A stretch of DNA of 64,000 bases, taken from positions 1,421,008 through 1,485,007 of the forward strand of contig NW_015164665.1 in the NCBI RefSeq assembly GCF_001447785.1. Direction: 5' to 3'. The stretch is from Gekko japonicus. Taxonomy: Eukaryota. Within the stretch, counting starts at the first letter, position 1; each line of letters opens with the position of its first letter. The translations under genes and the position numbers were made by a program. Positions 24,793-37,115 of this stretch are shown here, one piece after another. The notes under the pieces were generated by a model that worked only from the letters and a program-made list of their open reading frames with translations, did not search any database and was not told the origin of the DNA.

Positions 24793-26022
24793 CATACAGG
24801 CTATATCATACAGTATTGTTATTTCCATCCTGTTGCCTTTTGGAGAGAATATGAGATTCTGTATTTTATGTATAAAGTACATAATGGCTTGTATCATCTA
24901 GACTTTTGGGGCCCTATCCTTCTTGTGTGGATTGTGTACTTCTTGCTGTGATCCTTAGACAGATAGAGGACAGTTATTATCCAGGCACTGAGTTTGAATA
25001 ATGGCTAGTGAGCAAATATTCCATTATGGACTTCTTTTCTAACAGAGAATTTCAAAGCAGATCATAAGATTCACATAAATGGAATTACACCCTCTAAACC
25101 CATTGACTTTAATGGCTTTAGAAGAGTGTAATTCTTAGGACTAGGATTGCACTGGTTACTAGACTAGATGAACCATTGGTTTGATCTAGCAAAATTGGTT
25201 GGTCTTATGTTCTTATTAATCATAATACGTAATACAATTCCATTTTATGGTGATTGCCAAAGACATGATTTTTGTTAAATTACTATGATTAAATTGGAGT
25301 CTATTTTACTCCAAGATCTGATTAGCAAAGTGCTTTTTATCAGCTTGGGAGAATTAAAGCCATTACAATCCTAGAATTGTTTCTCAGTTAAGAAACCTTA
25401 AGAATTTAATTTTAGGCAGGAATAGGAAGATCCCTCACAATTTTCAAAGATTACAGATTCCCAGGATGCCTCTGGAGAAGCCACAACAATTAAAGCAACT
25501 CCAAAGTTGCTTAAATTTGTGCTGGGAGATGGACAGGAGTATGAATGTTTAGAGGAACTGAGGGACCTAATGTTTCCCTTGACAGCTCTAAGGTTGTCTG
25601 CCAACACAAGATTTATAGACGGAACTTGAATGAGGAGCACTGCAGTGTTCTGAGAATGTACTCTCTTGTTAATATGTCAGTGTGCCCTTCCTTCTCTATT
25701 AAAGGTAACAGCAAATTTGACCAGGGGAGACGGTGCAGTGAGTAATGCCAGGACTACCATTCTTTCCCCCCTCATTATATGCTATCAATGAAAAAACAGA
25801 ATTCCCCAACACCATGAAATGTCTACTACGCCAGGCTGCCAGTTATTGTTTGAAATCCCTTTTTTTCTCTGGATCACTGCTACCTCCATATAAATGCCAT
25901 TGTCCTACTTTCCATTTCTTCCTAGAACTTGGGTGCACACCCTATTTCTACACAAGCAAACAGACACTAGCTGCTGTTATTGCATACTGTTTGAGGTTGA
26001 GGACTGAGCACTTTTATGGTAC

Positions 26023-26231
26023 CCATGAATATGTGAAACTGTGTTGTTCTGAGCCACATCATTGGTTCATCTAGCACTGGCTGACAGTGGCTCTCCAGGG
26101 ACTCAGGCAGAAAAATATCTGTCAGATCACTTGCTACCTGAAATCCTTTTTTTAAACTGGAGATGCCAGAGACTGAATCTAGGACCTGCATGCAAAGCAG
26201 GTGTTCTGCCACTGAGCCACAGCCCCTCCCC
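26023..26231 (-). mobile_element. tRNA-derived SINE with CR1-like tail
   Basis: Minus head ggggaggggctgtggctcagtggcagaaca (A-box tggctcagtgg), a B-box-like ctagattcagtc, and body ccctggagagccactgtcagcc. Confidence 0.7.
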
Positions 26232-26720
26232 TGAAGGGGTTTTGGGAATCATTGCAGAAATCTTGAATGCCATTTCTTGTACAAGACAACCAATGAAACT
26301 ATTTAGCAGCTTGTGGTATTCTTCAAATCTACCCATTTTTTGTTTAAATTTGTATTGTAAACTTGATATTGTACGTTACTGTTTTATACTATGTGTTTTT
26401 ATTGTTATAATCCTGGCACATTGTGCCCTTGTTAGCCACCCTGAGCCTTCGGGGTAGGGCGGANNNNNNNNNNNNNNNNNNNNNNNNNNNNNNNNNNNNN
26501 NNNNNNNNNNNNNNNNNNNNNNNNNNNNNNNNNNNNNNNNNNNNNNNNNNNNNNNNNNNNNNNNNNNNNNNNNNNNNNNNNNNNNNNNNNNNNNNNNNNN
26601 NNNNNNNNNAGCATATTAAATTCAGTTCACATTTACAGAAGGAGTTGCAAGCAATAGCACCATTACTAATAGAAGGATTATGATATATAAGAAGATGTAC
26701 ATAAGAAATTACAGAGGTTA

Positions 26721-27031
26721 TGTAATGTACCGACCTCAGACCGCGTGTGACACAAAGGCTCCACGTGGTCTGGCTAAACCTCCGAGCTTTGCTCCTAGGA
26801 ACAATGGACTAGAGGATCCTAGCCCGCTCCAATCGGAGGGCTAGGCTCCCGGCCGAGAGCCTGTGGAACTCTCAGCCACTGTACATAGCCAATGACACGA
26901 GTGGGGTATGTTTTTGGGTATGGAGTTCTCAGGCGATATAAACGGGCCTGCGAGCTGGGTAAAGTTGTCTTGTTCTTACTGAATAAAAGTCTTAGAGCTG
27001 AAATAACGAAAGTATGTCTAAGGACTTTTCA
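26721..27031 (+). mobile_element. Young solo LTR (311 bp)
   Basis: TG..CA ends with perfect 5-bp TSD ggtta (26716-26720, 27032-27036). CCAAT at 26889, TATAAA at 26937, AATAAA at 26982; many CpGs retained. Confidence 0.9.
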
Positions 27032-27181
27032 GGTTACCTACGAATCCTCCCTCCCTGTATATTTTCATGTATCGTCCAAGCATTCAGCATATGAACAGGC
27101 TTGGCTGATTTAAGGCACACAGGAAAAAACAGCAGCATGATCATGCTTACACTTCTACTCTTTGCTTTATGGTTTAAAATG

Positions 27182-27560
27182 CAGGGCTATTTTTGGGCAG
27201 GAACACACAGAAACGGAGTTCCAGCTGGCTCCCGAGTTGGCCACGCCCAGCAGGAACTCATTAGCATAATAGGCCATGCCCAACAGCAGAAACTCATTAG
27301 GACTGGCTACTTTAGGGGTGTGTGGCCTAACATGCAAAGGAGTTCCTGCTACAAAAAAAGCCCTGGGTTTTGACAACAAACAAGGTAAACAGAATAAGAA
27401 GCAAAAGGTGGATGTGGCTGGATGACCACACTTCTGGTAACATGGAGGTGTGGCCTAGTATGCTAATGAGCTGTGTTGTCAGGGGTGAGGCCTAATATGC
27501 TAATGAGTTTCTGCTGTTGGGTGTGGTCTATTATGCTAATGAGTTCCTGCTGGGCTTTTT
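27182..27560. mobile_element. MITE (27182-27365) plus adjacent related subterminal repeats
   Basis: TIRs cagggctattttt / aaaaaaagccctg. Three ~35-bp units ggtgtggcctaatatgctaatgag lie at 27448-27555. Confidence 0.7.
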
Positions 27561-28880
27561 CTGGCATCTCCAGTTTAATGCATGAAAAGAAATTTGGCAC
27601 ATCTCTGCTTCCTTCTCTGTTTTTCCTCTATGGGGCACTGCCACTGCATCACACAACTGTTGGGGTTTTTGTATACATAAACCTTAGAGATGAGATGCAA
27701 ATGAAACTTTAGTAATAGATGAAGAGCTGGTAAAGCATTGTGGTTCGAAAAACGAGCTGAAGGCACTGGGTCAGATGATCGCAGTGTGAGCTCAATGAAT
27801 GAGGAAGTGATTCTCATGAATGAGGAAGTGAGTCTCATCTACTGCAAGGGGTGAGATTATGGGTTGGATTCGCCTGGTTTTCCCATTGGTGAAGAAGAGA
27901 AGAGGGAGTTCCCATTGACCACCACAAAGACTATTCTGGGAATTATGGATGAAAGCCATGTGGGTGGGAACTGTAATAAGAGGGGGAATTGGGTGAGAGA
28001 GTACAAAACAGCTGCCTGGATCTAACCCTTTATTTTTAAACCAGAACAGAACACACAATGAAATTGGGGAAGTGCAGATAAATCCTGACCCTTCCCATGC
28101 ATTATCGCACTGCATTCCTGTACTTGAAGCAGTTTTCTTTCAACCCAGCTCTGCAACTGGAAGTGAGGTGGATTGGAAAGAAAATGCTGAAAGAATCACA
28201 GGACAATGAGTTAAGCACAGGAAGCTGGCCTCACACTCACTCTCCATTATTGTTTAAGCCAGCCTCCCACCCACTCCACTTTAGATGTGAATGGGAGGAA
28301 ACTTGAAAAAATATATGTGAATCCCTGCCATCACGTCTTGTTTGATCCTTAGTTTAATCTTTAAATGGTTGCATCTCCCCCCCCCCCTACTGGAGATGGT
28401 ATCAGCTGGGAAAGGATTTTTATTAGGGGTATGGGCCACTCCATACCAGTTCGATCCTCCAACCGTTGTTTTTAGGTAATTATTAGAAACAGAAGACCTC
28501 AGGTCCTCATCATCAGATCTCATGGGACCCTAAATTGGTTTCTGTCTCCTTTCTCCCTGTTATAGATTGCAGTGTGCATACATGAAGGTGATATTGTAAC
28601 CAAGGACAGAAGAAGTTTGGCATTTTTCTTCATATTTTTCTCTACAGTTTCAGGCTCTAGTGCTATCTGTCTGCCAGTGTGTGAAGTCTGCCACTGTTTA
28701 TCTGCCCCAGTGGTGGTGCTGCCTCTCTCTGAATATTTGATATGTCTAACAGGTACAGCACTGGAGAGAACAGAATAACAAGCAACCAGGAGTCACTGAG
28801 CTTATGTAGAATCTAATCAAAGTTTTCCGAAGACCAGCAGTGTGACTGATAGACAGATCTATCGATGCCATCATTTACAG

Positions 28881-28923
28881 AGTTATACACAGATGTTGCA
28901 AGTTGCAACATCTGTGTATAACT
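28881..28923. repeat. Perfect palindrome: 21-bp arms, 1-nt spacer
   Basis: agttatacacagatgttgcaa-g-ttgcaacatctgtgtataact. Confidence 0.95.
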
Positions 28924-31900
28924 GCTGATTGGTAAAAGTAATGTACCATTTGAGTCTCACAGCTTTCTCTCTCTTTTCTCTCTATCTCGCCATCTTGAAC
29001 TTGAACCTAGATGGCCAGATACCAGACTCATCCAAATATTTCTGAATATTACAGACTCTTATTACTTTTTCAATTCAGATCAATCATAATAACTGTATTA
29101 ATGAATGAGATATTTTTATTTGGTTTTCATCAATAAATCTCTATTAAGCACACATAGGCAGGCCTACTTCCCTTGTCTTGCTAATGCCACTCTTCAAATT
29201 TACCACTGTATAAGAAATAAATACATGCTGTTTTGTTTTCAGAGCAGACAACCATTCTTTTAAATGGATCCACAGTATCTGGGGGAAATTACCATTATTT
29301 TAAATTTACCCACAGTAATTTCAAATGAGATCACTGTTTAATCTATTAATTTTCTTAAAAACGTTTTCAACTGGCATATCAAGTTCAAGCATTTTATCAT
29401 ATCTATCATTTTAAAAGAGTAGCTTATATGAAAATAAATTCCCAAAGGTCTCTGGAATGAAGAACCATGAAAAGGATTCATTTAGTTTGTCTGCAATATA
29501 CCTTTGCCTCGCAGACTCCTTTTACATCTTAGTTGTTTAATGGCCCTACCAATTTTCTGACAAGCTTCATGCTTTCAATGGTACTTTTAAAAGACTTCAC
29601 TTTGTTTATTTTGCCTTTAGTGAACAGTTCTTCAAGCTCCTTTTGATTTGGCATTGTTATATCTTGACATTTAACTTTCCAGAGTTTATGCTATCTTGAT
29701 GTGACTCACTATATTTTTAAGACATTGAAATCACCCTTTGCACCAGAGCATGACCTTTGGAAAGGCACTTTCTCCTCCTTAGGTCTCCAGTCCTCATCTC
29801 TTCTTACCCTGATCTTTATGTACTAGGTCCTGAACAGCTCTAATTGCTCAAGTGCTCCCTTCTTTGGAAATATTTAAAGCTTTTCAGTGTGACGGATTGA
29901 GGGAGCAACGTATATGTTATGTGGGATATCTGTGATTGGATCTCCAGACACGTCCTTTAACAATAAAAGTGGCTGGCAGTGGGGAAGGGGCAGTGGATTA
30001 GGGTCTTGGCACTGAAGAAATGTAGGGGAGTTAATTCTTCTTCCCATACAATTTCTATAAAAAGAAATTCTCTCCACCCTGAGCTCTTAGCAGCAGTACC
30101 GACATATGGGGACTCAGGCTGTACCTGTCTTTTCCCTACTGTTGCTATTAGCAACTCCAGAGTATGATTTTAGTAGGGAAATAACACAAGGGGTAAGGTT
30201 AATTCCCCAAACTGATTTTTAATATTAAAGAAAACTTTGGAAGATCCAATCACAATTTCCCATGTAATGTGTAGTTTCACCTTGAATGTGAACAATCGTT
30301 ACATCATTTCAGGTCAGTGCCATAGAAACCATTTCTTCTGAGTTGTCACCTACGTGCACAAGTTTCTGGTAAGGACCCAAGGTTAATGATAGTTGTAGCA
30401 TGTCAGTTACACATTCACAGAGCAGAGCAAAATCAAGAAGATCATCAGAGTTCAGATTGAGAATAAATTGCAGCTGCAGGAAATTGCTTTGGAAATCATT
30501 GCTGGACAAAATTCTATTTCTATGTCTTTCATAAGCTGTTTCAGTTGACTTGGGATTCAGTTGAATAGCCATTTCTATTTTAGATCTGAAGTCACAGACT
30601 TATGCACCATCTTTGTGGTAGTTGTCCTCTGTTTCCAGCGAATCCCTTATTTTATAGTCATATATAGCAATTGCCACCAAAAGAAGGTCTGAATATATTA
30701 CAGGACAGTATGAGCACATTCATAAGCAGGACACACTGCTTATGCAGTTTTTTTTTAAACTTCAAAACCCAAAGATATTTTGACCAGAGGAAACAGTGGG
30801 ATGAAAGACCATGGACACCATGGACAGTGATGACTCTACCAAATCATCTTTATGTCTTTGAAAACTAACATCTGGCTCCAGCCCTTGAGGGTGAGTTGCC
30901 TCCTGGATCTTCATCACATGGTAGTCACAGAGTTAGCATGTGGATCTCCACAGCAAAATCAAATCATGTTGCTTGCCACATTATCTGTGCCCTATTTAGA
31001 TCAGTTGTGGGGCTCAATAAGATGCTTGCAATTTTTTTCTTCTCTTATTATACATGCCAAGTAATAAATGCAGCTGGACAATCACTAGAACCCGTCATTT
31101 CACAGAAACCCTGATTTTTATTATAAGTCACACTGTATGAAGCATTCAGCCTTCCTACATTTTTTAATGCTATAGCTTCGTATCTGACACTTGGAAATAG
31201 CTGGGCTCAAGGTAGACTCAAGAAATAACAGCAGTTTGTTTTGAGAGACATTGAAATTTTGTTGAAAGACTCAGCTAAGTTTAGCTTTCTGTAAGGATGA
31301 GAAATAGTATCTCCTCCTTCACCTTGTTTCCAGCCAAGCCTTTCTGTAAATTTATTAGAAACTTCATTCAGAGGAACAAAGTGTTACTCATAATGACCTG
31401 AGTGCATCTTAATTAGCTTGATTATTTGTTATTCTCAAAGTTACCTCTTGTTATTTTTCTTGCTATTCTAAGATTTGGACATGCTTGAAACAACTCCTTG
31501 CACACTGCTTGTGATTCATTAGTATTCCAGGTGTTTATGTCTGGTTGATATTTTAGTATACAAAGTCTTAGCCAACAAAATAGTCCAATATCACCCTTGT
31601 AAAAAGGTCACCTGTCTTACAGCCTTGAAGAGAAAATTTTGTTCTGTAGTAGTTCAGATCGGGGAGCAGGGGAATGGTTTCTCCCTTTAAATTACTGCCA
31701 TATCTTTGTAATCCAGAGAAAAGAGCTTTGCTTTCAGTCATTTTTATGTGTTTACTAATAATCTTCTAATTCTGATGTTTTAGGTAACTGCCTTCAGGTT
31801 GCTTTTTCAAACACAGAACCTTACAGTTGACCAGCAAACATGCTGTCTTTAATTAGAGCTTGTGTTTGCATCATCTGCAAAACATCTTCAAAACTGATGC

Positions 31901-32872
31901 CCTCTTGAGTGCTCTTTTATTCTGTTTTGAATTTATGTCTAGGCAGTGCCAAGTCACCACTGTTCTTATTTGTGAGTCAGTGAATTGAAGTCAAATATCT
32001 GGTGAAAGTTATTACCCCTGGCAGTCAGCCTAACATACTGTGAAAAAAAAGAGTCCTACCCAGGGTTCTGGTTTCATTTCCTTTATCCAAGGCCACACTT
32101 AGTGGCCTCCCTTTTCAGATTTCTTTTCCCCCTCTTCAGTTGTCAACAATGCGGTATGTTTTTCTCAGTGCTGAATTTTAACTCAGTGAACCACTGCTTC
32201 AAATTGATTCCTTTTTTAACCTCCAGCTCAGTGCTGTAGAGGTATTTTCTCTCTAATGTTTCCCATCTTTTATATCTTTATATGCTTTATGGATTTGCTC
32301 AAAACCACATACTGTGAACAGAGACATTTGCCTATTATGCAGAGTCGCCACTTGAAGAGCAAGTTTTTCCCACTGAAGTGAAGTGATTCAGCAAAATGCA
32401 ACAAAAATAAAAATTGGTTTTATTTTTTGAATTCCCCTAAATAGTATCAGGTGTGGCAAATCCAAGTCAGTGTCTCCTAGTCTAAATTGGTGTATATCAA
32501 TAGGATATTAATTTCCATCTGAGGTCTGTATTTTATGTTGCATTTTATGAATAAGCAGAGCTAGTTTGGAATGAGATGCCCTGTACATGCCTGATACATT
32601 AGTGTCTAAGGCCACACTTGTGAGGGCTAGCAGGAGCAAGCAAGCACATTGCTTCTGTACTTTGCACCTGAATGCATGAGCCCCAGGTTCTAGTCACTGA
32701 CCAAGTGAGCACTGGAGGGGGCAACGGCCACAATTACCTGGAGGTCTCATGCTATAAGCGGGCAAATGGGAACCCTATACTGAATGGATTTTTTAAAAGA
32801 AAGTAATTGATTTAAAATGCTGGGTCCTTGAAGGACCTTCTTTTTCTAGAGTATGAACCTTAATTCCTAGGA

Positions 32873-33084
32873 GATATATCAAGATGGGTAGTCGCATTAG
32901 TCTGTCTGTGGAGCAAGAGTCCAGTAGCACCGTAACGACTGACAAAATTTGTGGCAGGGTATGAGCTTTCATGAGTTACTGCTCACTTTTTCAGGTGTCC
33001 AAAGAACTGTGCAATGACTCATGACAGCTCATACCCTGCCACAAATTTTGTTAGTCCTTAAGGTGCTACTGGCCTTTTGCTCTT
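32873..33084. mobile_element. Penelope-like element terminal fragments in inverted arrangement
   Basis: Arms gagcaagagtccagtagcacc..acaaaatttgtggcagggtatgagct and agctcataccctgccacaaattttgt..ggtgctactgg..ttgctc are reverse complements. Hammerhead-like core remnants sit at the centre. Confidence 0.75.
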
Positions 33085-33361
33085 AATGTCGAGGTTATTG
33101 TGGCTGTTTTGATTTTTTGTGTGCTCCTCACTAGAAGCCAACAGAAGCCATTTTTTTTAAATTATAGGTATTAGAGTATATGGTTATAATGTTTTCCCCA
33201 GTCCATCAAGGACATGTAAATGTCTCCTTTGAACAAGAGTTTGGAAACCTGATTTGCAACTATGATGACCCCGTCCACTTTCCTCCCTCAGAGGCAAGAC
33301 TTTCCCTCCATTTTTCTGCCCCTTCACTGACTGAGCCACCATAGTAACATATTCCTGTTGT

Positions 33362-33450
33362 ATTTTATTGCACAGTTGTGCCTATGTAAGCCGCCCTGAG
33401 CCCACTTGCGGGGAGGGCGGGGTATAAGTGGAATAAAATAAATAAATAAA
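33362..33450 (+). mobile_element. L2 3' tail
   Basis: tgtaagccgccctgagccc..gggagggcggggtataag..aataaataaataaa. Confidence 0.8.
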
Positions 33451-33526
33451 TGTTCTTCTTCCCTGAAGAACTCTGGTTGTCCCACCCTGTGTCAGTATGA
33501 TATTTTACTGCTGGCTCAGCCCAGGA

Positions 33527-34028
33527 GAGGGTTGCCACTGCCAGGTCCTTCTTAGTCCCTGGTGGGGGACTTTTGGGGCATTTCTGGAGGGGCAGGGATG
33601 TCCTCAATCTGATGACATCACACAAAAGGGGCATCATCACATTGGGGATCAGCGCCCCCACCCATGCCTGTACTCCAAGCAGCAAATTTGTTGCTTGGGG
33701 TTCAGGCGTGCCCCCCTGCTTCTTGCAAAAAGTGGGGGGGAGCACCTGAACACCAGTGACAAATTTGCCACTTGGAGTTCAGGCATGCAGCTGGTGGCCA
33801 TCCCTCTCCCTCCTCTCCTGCAAGATTTAAAGAGCCTCCAGCTGGTTGGTGGGCCACATGCTCCTACTGATCAGTTGGAAAGCCCTTTAAATCTCACAGG
33901 AGGGGAGAGGGGGGACCACTGGTGGCTGCTGTTGGGGTGCGGTTTAGGGGTGGGCCAGCTGGCAAGAGGTGGGCAGGAGCCCACCAAATCATCAGATCCA
34001 TGCTCCCACCTTGGGACTGGCATTCCTA
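33527..34028. mobile_element. hAT-type MITE (TAGGGTTGCCA family)
   Basis: Ends gagggttgcca / tggcattccta. Perfect 8-bp TSD gcccagga (33519-33526, 34029-34036). Confidence 0.9.
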
Positions 34029-34039
34029 GCCCAGGATCC

Positions 34040-34895
34040 TGATAGAAGGGTCAAGATCGCCCTTTTTACTTAAACCAATGACAATGGCACTTGGGACATT
34101 TTAAAATTCAAAAATAACAAAATATTTTATTTACCATAGAGGGGAAAGGTCAGGTGAAATCAGCGGTTTAAATTTCTGAGGTAAAACCAGTACATGCACA
34201 GACTTTGGTTCTTATTAATCAGGCTAATGAGAAGTTCTTAAGTTATTCTCAGTTACTTAAAACTTTATGTTGAGAGGCTTTTGTTCCAGTGTTTTCCCAA
34301 ACACTCCAGCCCACTTTATTTGAGTAATCTCTAACCCTTTTGGTTTCCAGAAGGCTGGTACCCTATTTCCAGTACCCAAAGCCCTTCTCTTGGAACACCA
34401 GTACTCACCTTGGGCTTTTAACTGACTCTTAAGGTTTCCAAAGGCAGTTTCTGACCACACCAGACCAGGGATCTCTTCACCCTTCAGAGCTAATTCCCTG
34501 TTTGACTAAGTAGGGAATTTTCTTCTCTCTCTAGAAGCTACATCCTCTTTCCTTGGCCCAAATGGGAGTCTTCTACATCCCAAAATCTCCTTGCCAAATT
34601 TCCCCCCAGTTCTCCTGTCTGTGTTAAACTGTTCTCAGCTAAGGCTGACTTCGGACTGTCTTCAGTCAAGGCAGAAATCTGACTCTGTCAGCACTGAACC
34701 TTTTTCCTGTCAGGGCTAAACTTAGACTTTTTCAGTACTTGACTCTTCTCAGCTAAGGCAGAAATCTGACTGACTTCTCCTCAGCATCAAGCCCTCTGCA
34801 GACTTTCTCTACTCAGCTGATGCTATCCAATCAGATCGCTTGGAGCAGCCTGTCACTCAAGACTCTCTGTTTTTGTGAAGAATTAACCCTTCACA
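34040..34895 (-). mobile_element. Probable solo LTR
   Basis: Inverted termini tgatagaagggtcaa / ttaacccttcaca; flanks atcc / gtcc (3 of 4 match); tttatt polyA-signal complement at ~34126; internal repeats aaggcagaaatctgact. Confidence 0.6.
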
Positions 34896-36013
34896 GTCCT
34901 TTATCTGTTTACACAGCACTTCTAAGCTTTTAAAAAGTGCAGTCCATCACAGCAACCAACATATGCATGGGAAGAAAATGTTCTGATTTCTCCAGCCATC
35001 TATGAGCAGGTTTATTTGAGCTTCATATTAGGGTTCAAGTTCTATTTTTGCAGTTGGCTCATTAGGAGAGTTGCTGACAGTGCCTCAGTTACCCATTTGT
35101 AACTAGAATAATATTAGGCTATCTAGACTAACATAATGAAGACTAGCATAATGAAAACTGTGAAGCACTTAACAAATTAACAGCAAAGGATAAATGATTG
35201 CAGGGGTAGCCAAATCAATATATTAATGGTGAATTTGAATCTACTACTTACCCTTATTTAAGTCTCTGTTCTAATCTCTATTTTGCTAATATGATGGGCT
35301 TTTCTTGTGGTTGATGGAATCATCCAAAATGTCAGGAACGTAATAATCTCCAAATCCAGTGTTTTCCCCTCTATTTGCTACTTTATAAAGCTTGTGTCAG
35401 AGGCTTCTTAATATGTACCATGCACCATTGCCATTTTTCATTCATGATGAAACCCTTTCACCCCAAACTTTTTTTGCCTTCTAAAGTGGAGTCTTGAGAC
35501 TATCTCCTGAAAGCCAGCTTGGAAATACTTTTTTAATGAGGCAAATATTTGATGGTTTCACTGCAGTTAGGTTTCCAGAAGATGGCCTTGAGACATCCAC
35601 CTCTCCTCATACCCACTGAGTTTCTCCATGATGCCCCAGCACACATATAGATCCTTCATATATAAAGGAAAATAACCTTAGACAGAGAAGGGTCAGTGTA
35701 TCATTCTTTATTCCTTTTGTAGATGTTCAGCTGTGTCTTTTTTTAAAAAAAAAAAGTTTAGTTCTAGCAATATTTTTACAGCAGACATCTCCCCCCCTTT
35801 ATTATTTTTATTAGCTTTATTTAAAGTCATTTGGTCCAGCAGAAATCTTTGGAGCTAACAGAAACAGTTGATGCCCACATGTGGTAAATATACTTTCAGA
35901 GTAAATTCTAATTTGGCTCTTTTAATCATTGCTGCGTTTTTTTTCTGAGGGAACTCCTATATCCCTTCATGCCTTGGTATGTGCTTTTTCTATCCTTCAG
36001 CCTCTGGTCAAGT

Positions 36014-36418
36014 TAGGGATGTCAGTTCCCAGGTGAGGGCGGGAGATTCCCTACTTTGCAGTCTCCTGCCCACTGCCAGCCAGCTGGACGGCAGGGGAAG
36101 CCCCACCCCTAAGTCCCACACCCAACAGTTACCACTGGTGGCCACCTCTCTCCCATCCCCACCTGCAAGATTTAAAGGGCCCTCCAGCTGATTGGTGGGA
36201 GCATGTGGCCAACTGGCCAGCTGGAGGGCCCTTTAAATCTTGCAGGCGGGGAGGGAAAGGGGTGGCCACTGGCCACATGTCTGCACTCCAAGTGGCAAAT
36301 TCACCACTTGGAGTACAGGCATGCAGGGCGCAGGTCCCCAATGTGATGATGCCCCGCCCCCTCCAGAAATGCCACTCAAAGTCCCCCGGCAGGGACTAGG
36401 AAGGACCTGGCAACCCTA
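36014..36418. mobile_element. hAT-type MITE, same family as 33527-34028 in opposite orientation
   Basis: Ends tagggatgtca / tggcaacccta; TSD ggtcaagt / ggttaagt (7 of 8). The interior is a reverse-complement homolog of the 33527 element. Confidence 0.9.
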
Positions 36419-36520
36419 GGTTAAGTTGACAGGAGACTTCTGTTGTCTCAGCAACATAGCCCAGTTCCAGGTAGAGCTGCTAATCTGTCAATTTGGAAAT
36501 CCAGTCTATCACTCTAAAAG

Positions 36521-37115
36521 TTTATTTATTTATTATTTATTTATTATATTTATACCTTGCCCTCCCAGTCATAGCCGGCTCAGGGCAGCTTACAACAACA
36601 TAAAAACTACAATGCATAAAATCACAGTGCTAAAACCATAAGAATAACAATATTAAATAACAATATTAAAAGGTGCTAATGAGTATAATCCAATTTCCAA
36701 TAACAGATATCAATTTAACATTACGTCTGAGGTGGCGCTCAACTTCTATGCCATCCTAATGGTCAATCCTGATTTGATGTTGTATGGGTGGCTCAGGCTG
36801 CGTTAAGATTTCAAGGGGCAGGTCATTCTCCCCCGGGGCGGCTCCTAATTCAACGCCTGGCAGAACAGCTCCATCTTGCAGGCCCTGCAGAACTGCATAA
36901 GGGCCCTCCAGCCAGCTGATCTTCTCCAGGAACTCATTCCACCAGAACGGAGCCACCACCAAGAAAACCCTGGCCCTGGTTGTAGCTAGCCTGACATCCT
37001 TTGGCCTGGGAAGGGTGAGTCGATGTGAGACCCTGGTCGCAGTGCTCTCTGGGAGACATGTGGGGAAAGGCGGTCCCTCGGGTATGTAGGTCCCTGGCCA
37101 TAAAGGGCTTTAAAG
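36521..37115 (-). mobile_element. 5'-truncated L2 LINE
   Basis: (TTTA)n tail at 36521. Minus strand encodes ARVF.VVAPFWWNEF and FCRACKMELFCQA, like the other L2 ends. Confidence 0.9.

Noticed and set aside
25398-25640. Open frames on both strands (EDPSQFSKITDSQDASGE..)
   Set aside because: No start or splice context and no recognisable family.
30313-30368. Candidate small plus-strand exon (ttcag|GTC..CTG|gtaagg)
   Set aside because: Canonical dinucleotides are present, but it is isolated, with no recognisable peptide or partner exons.
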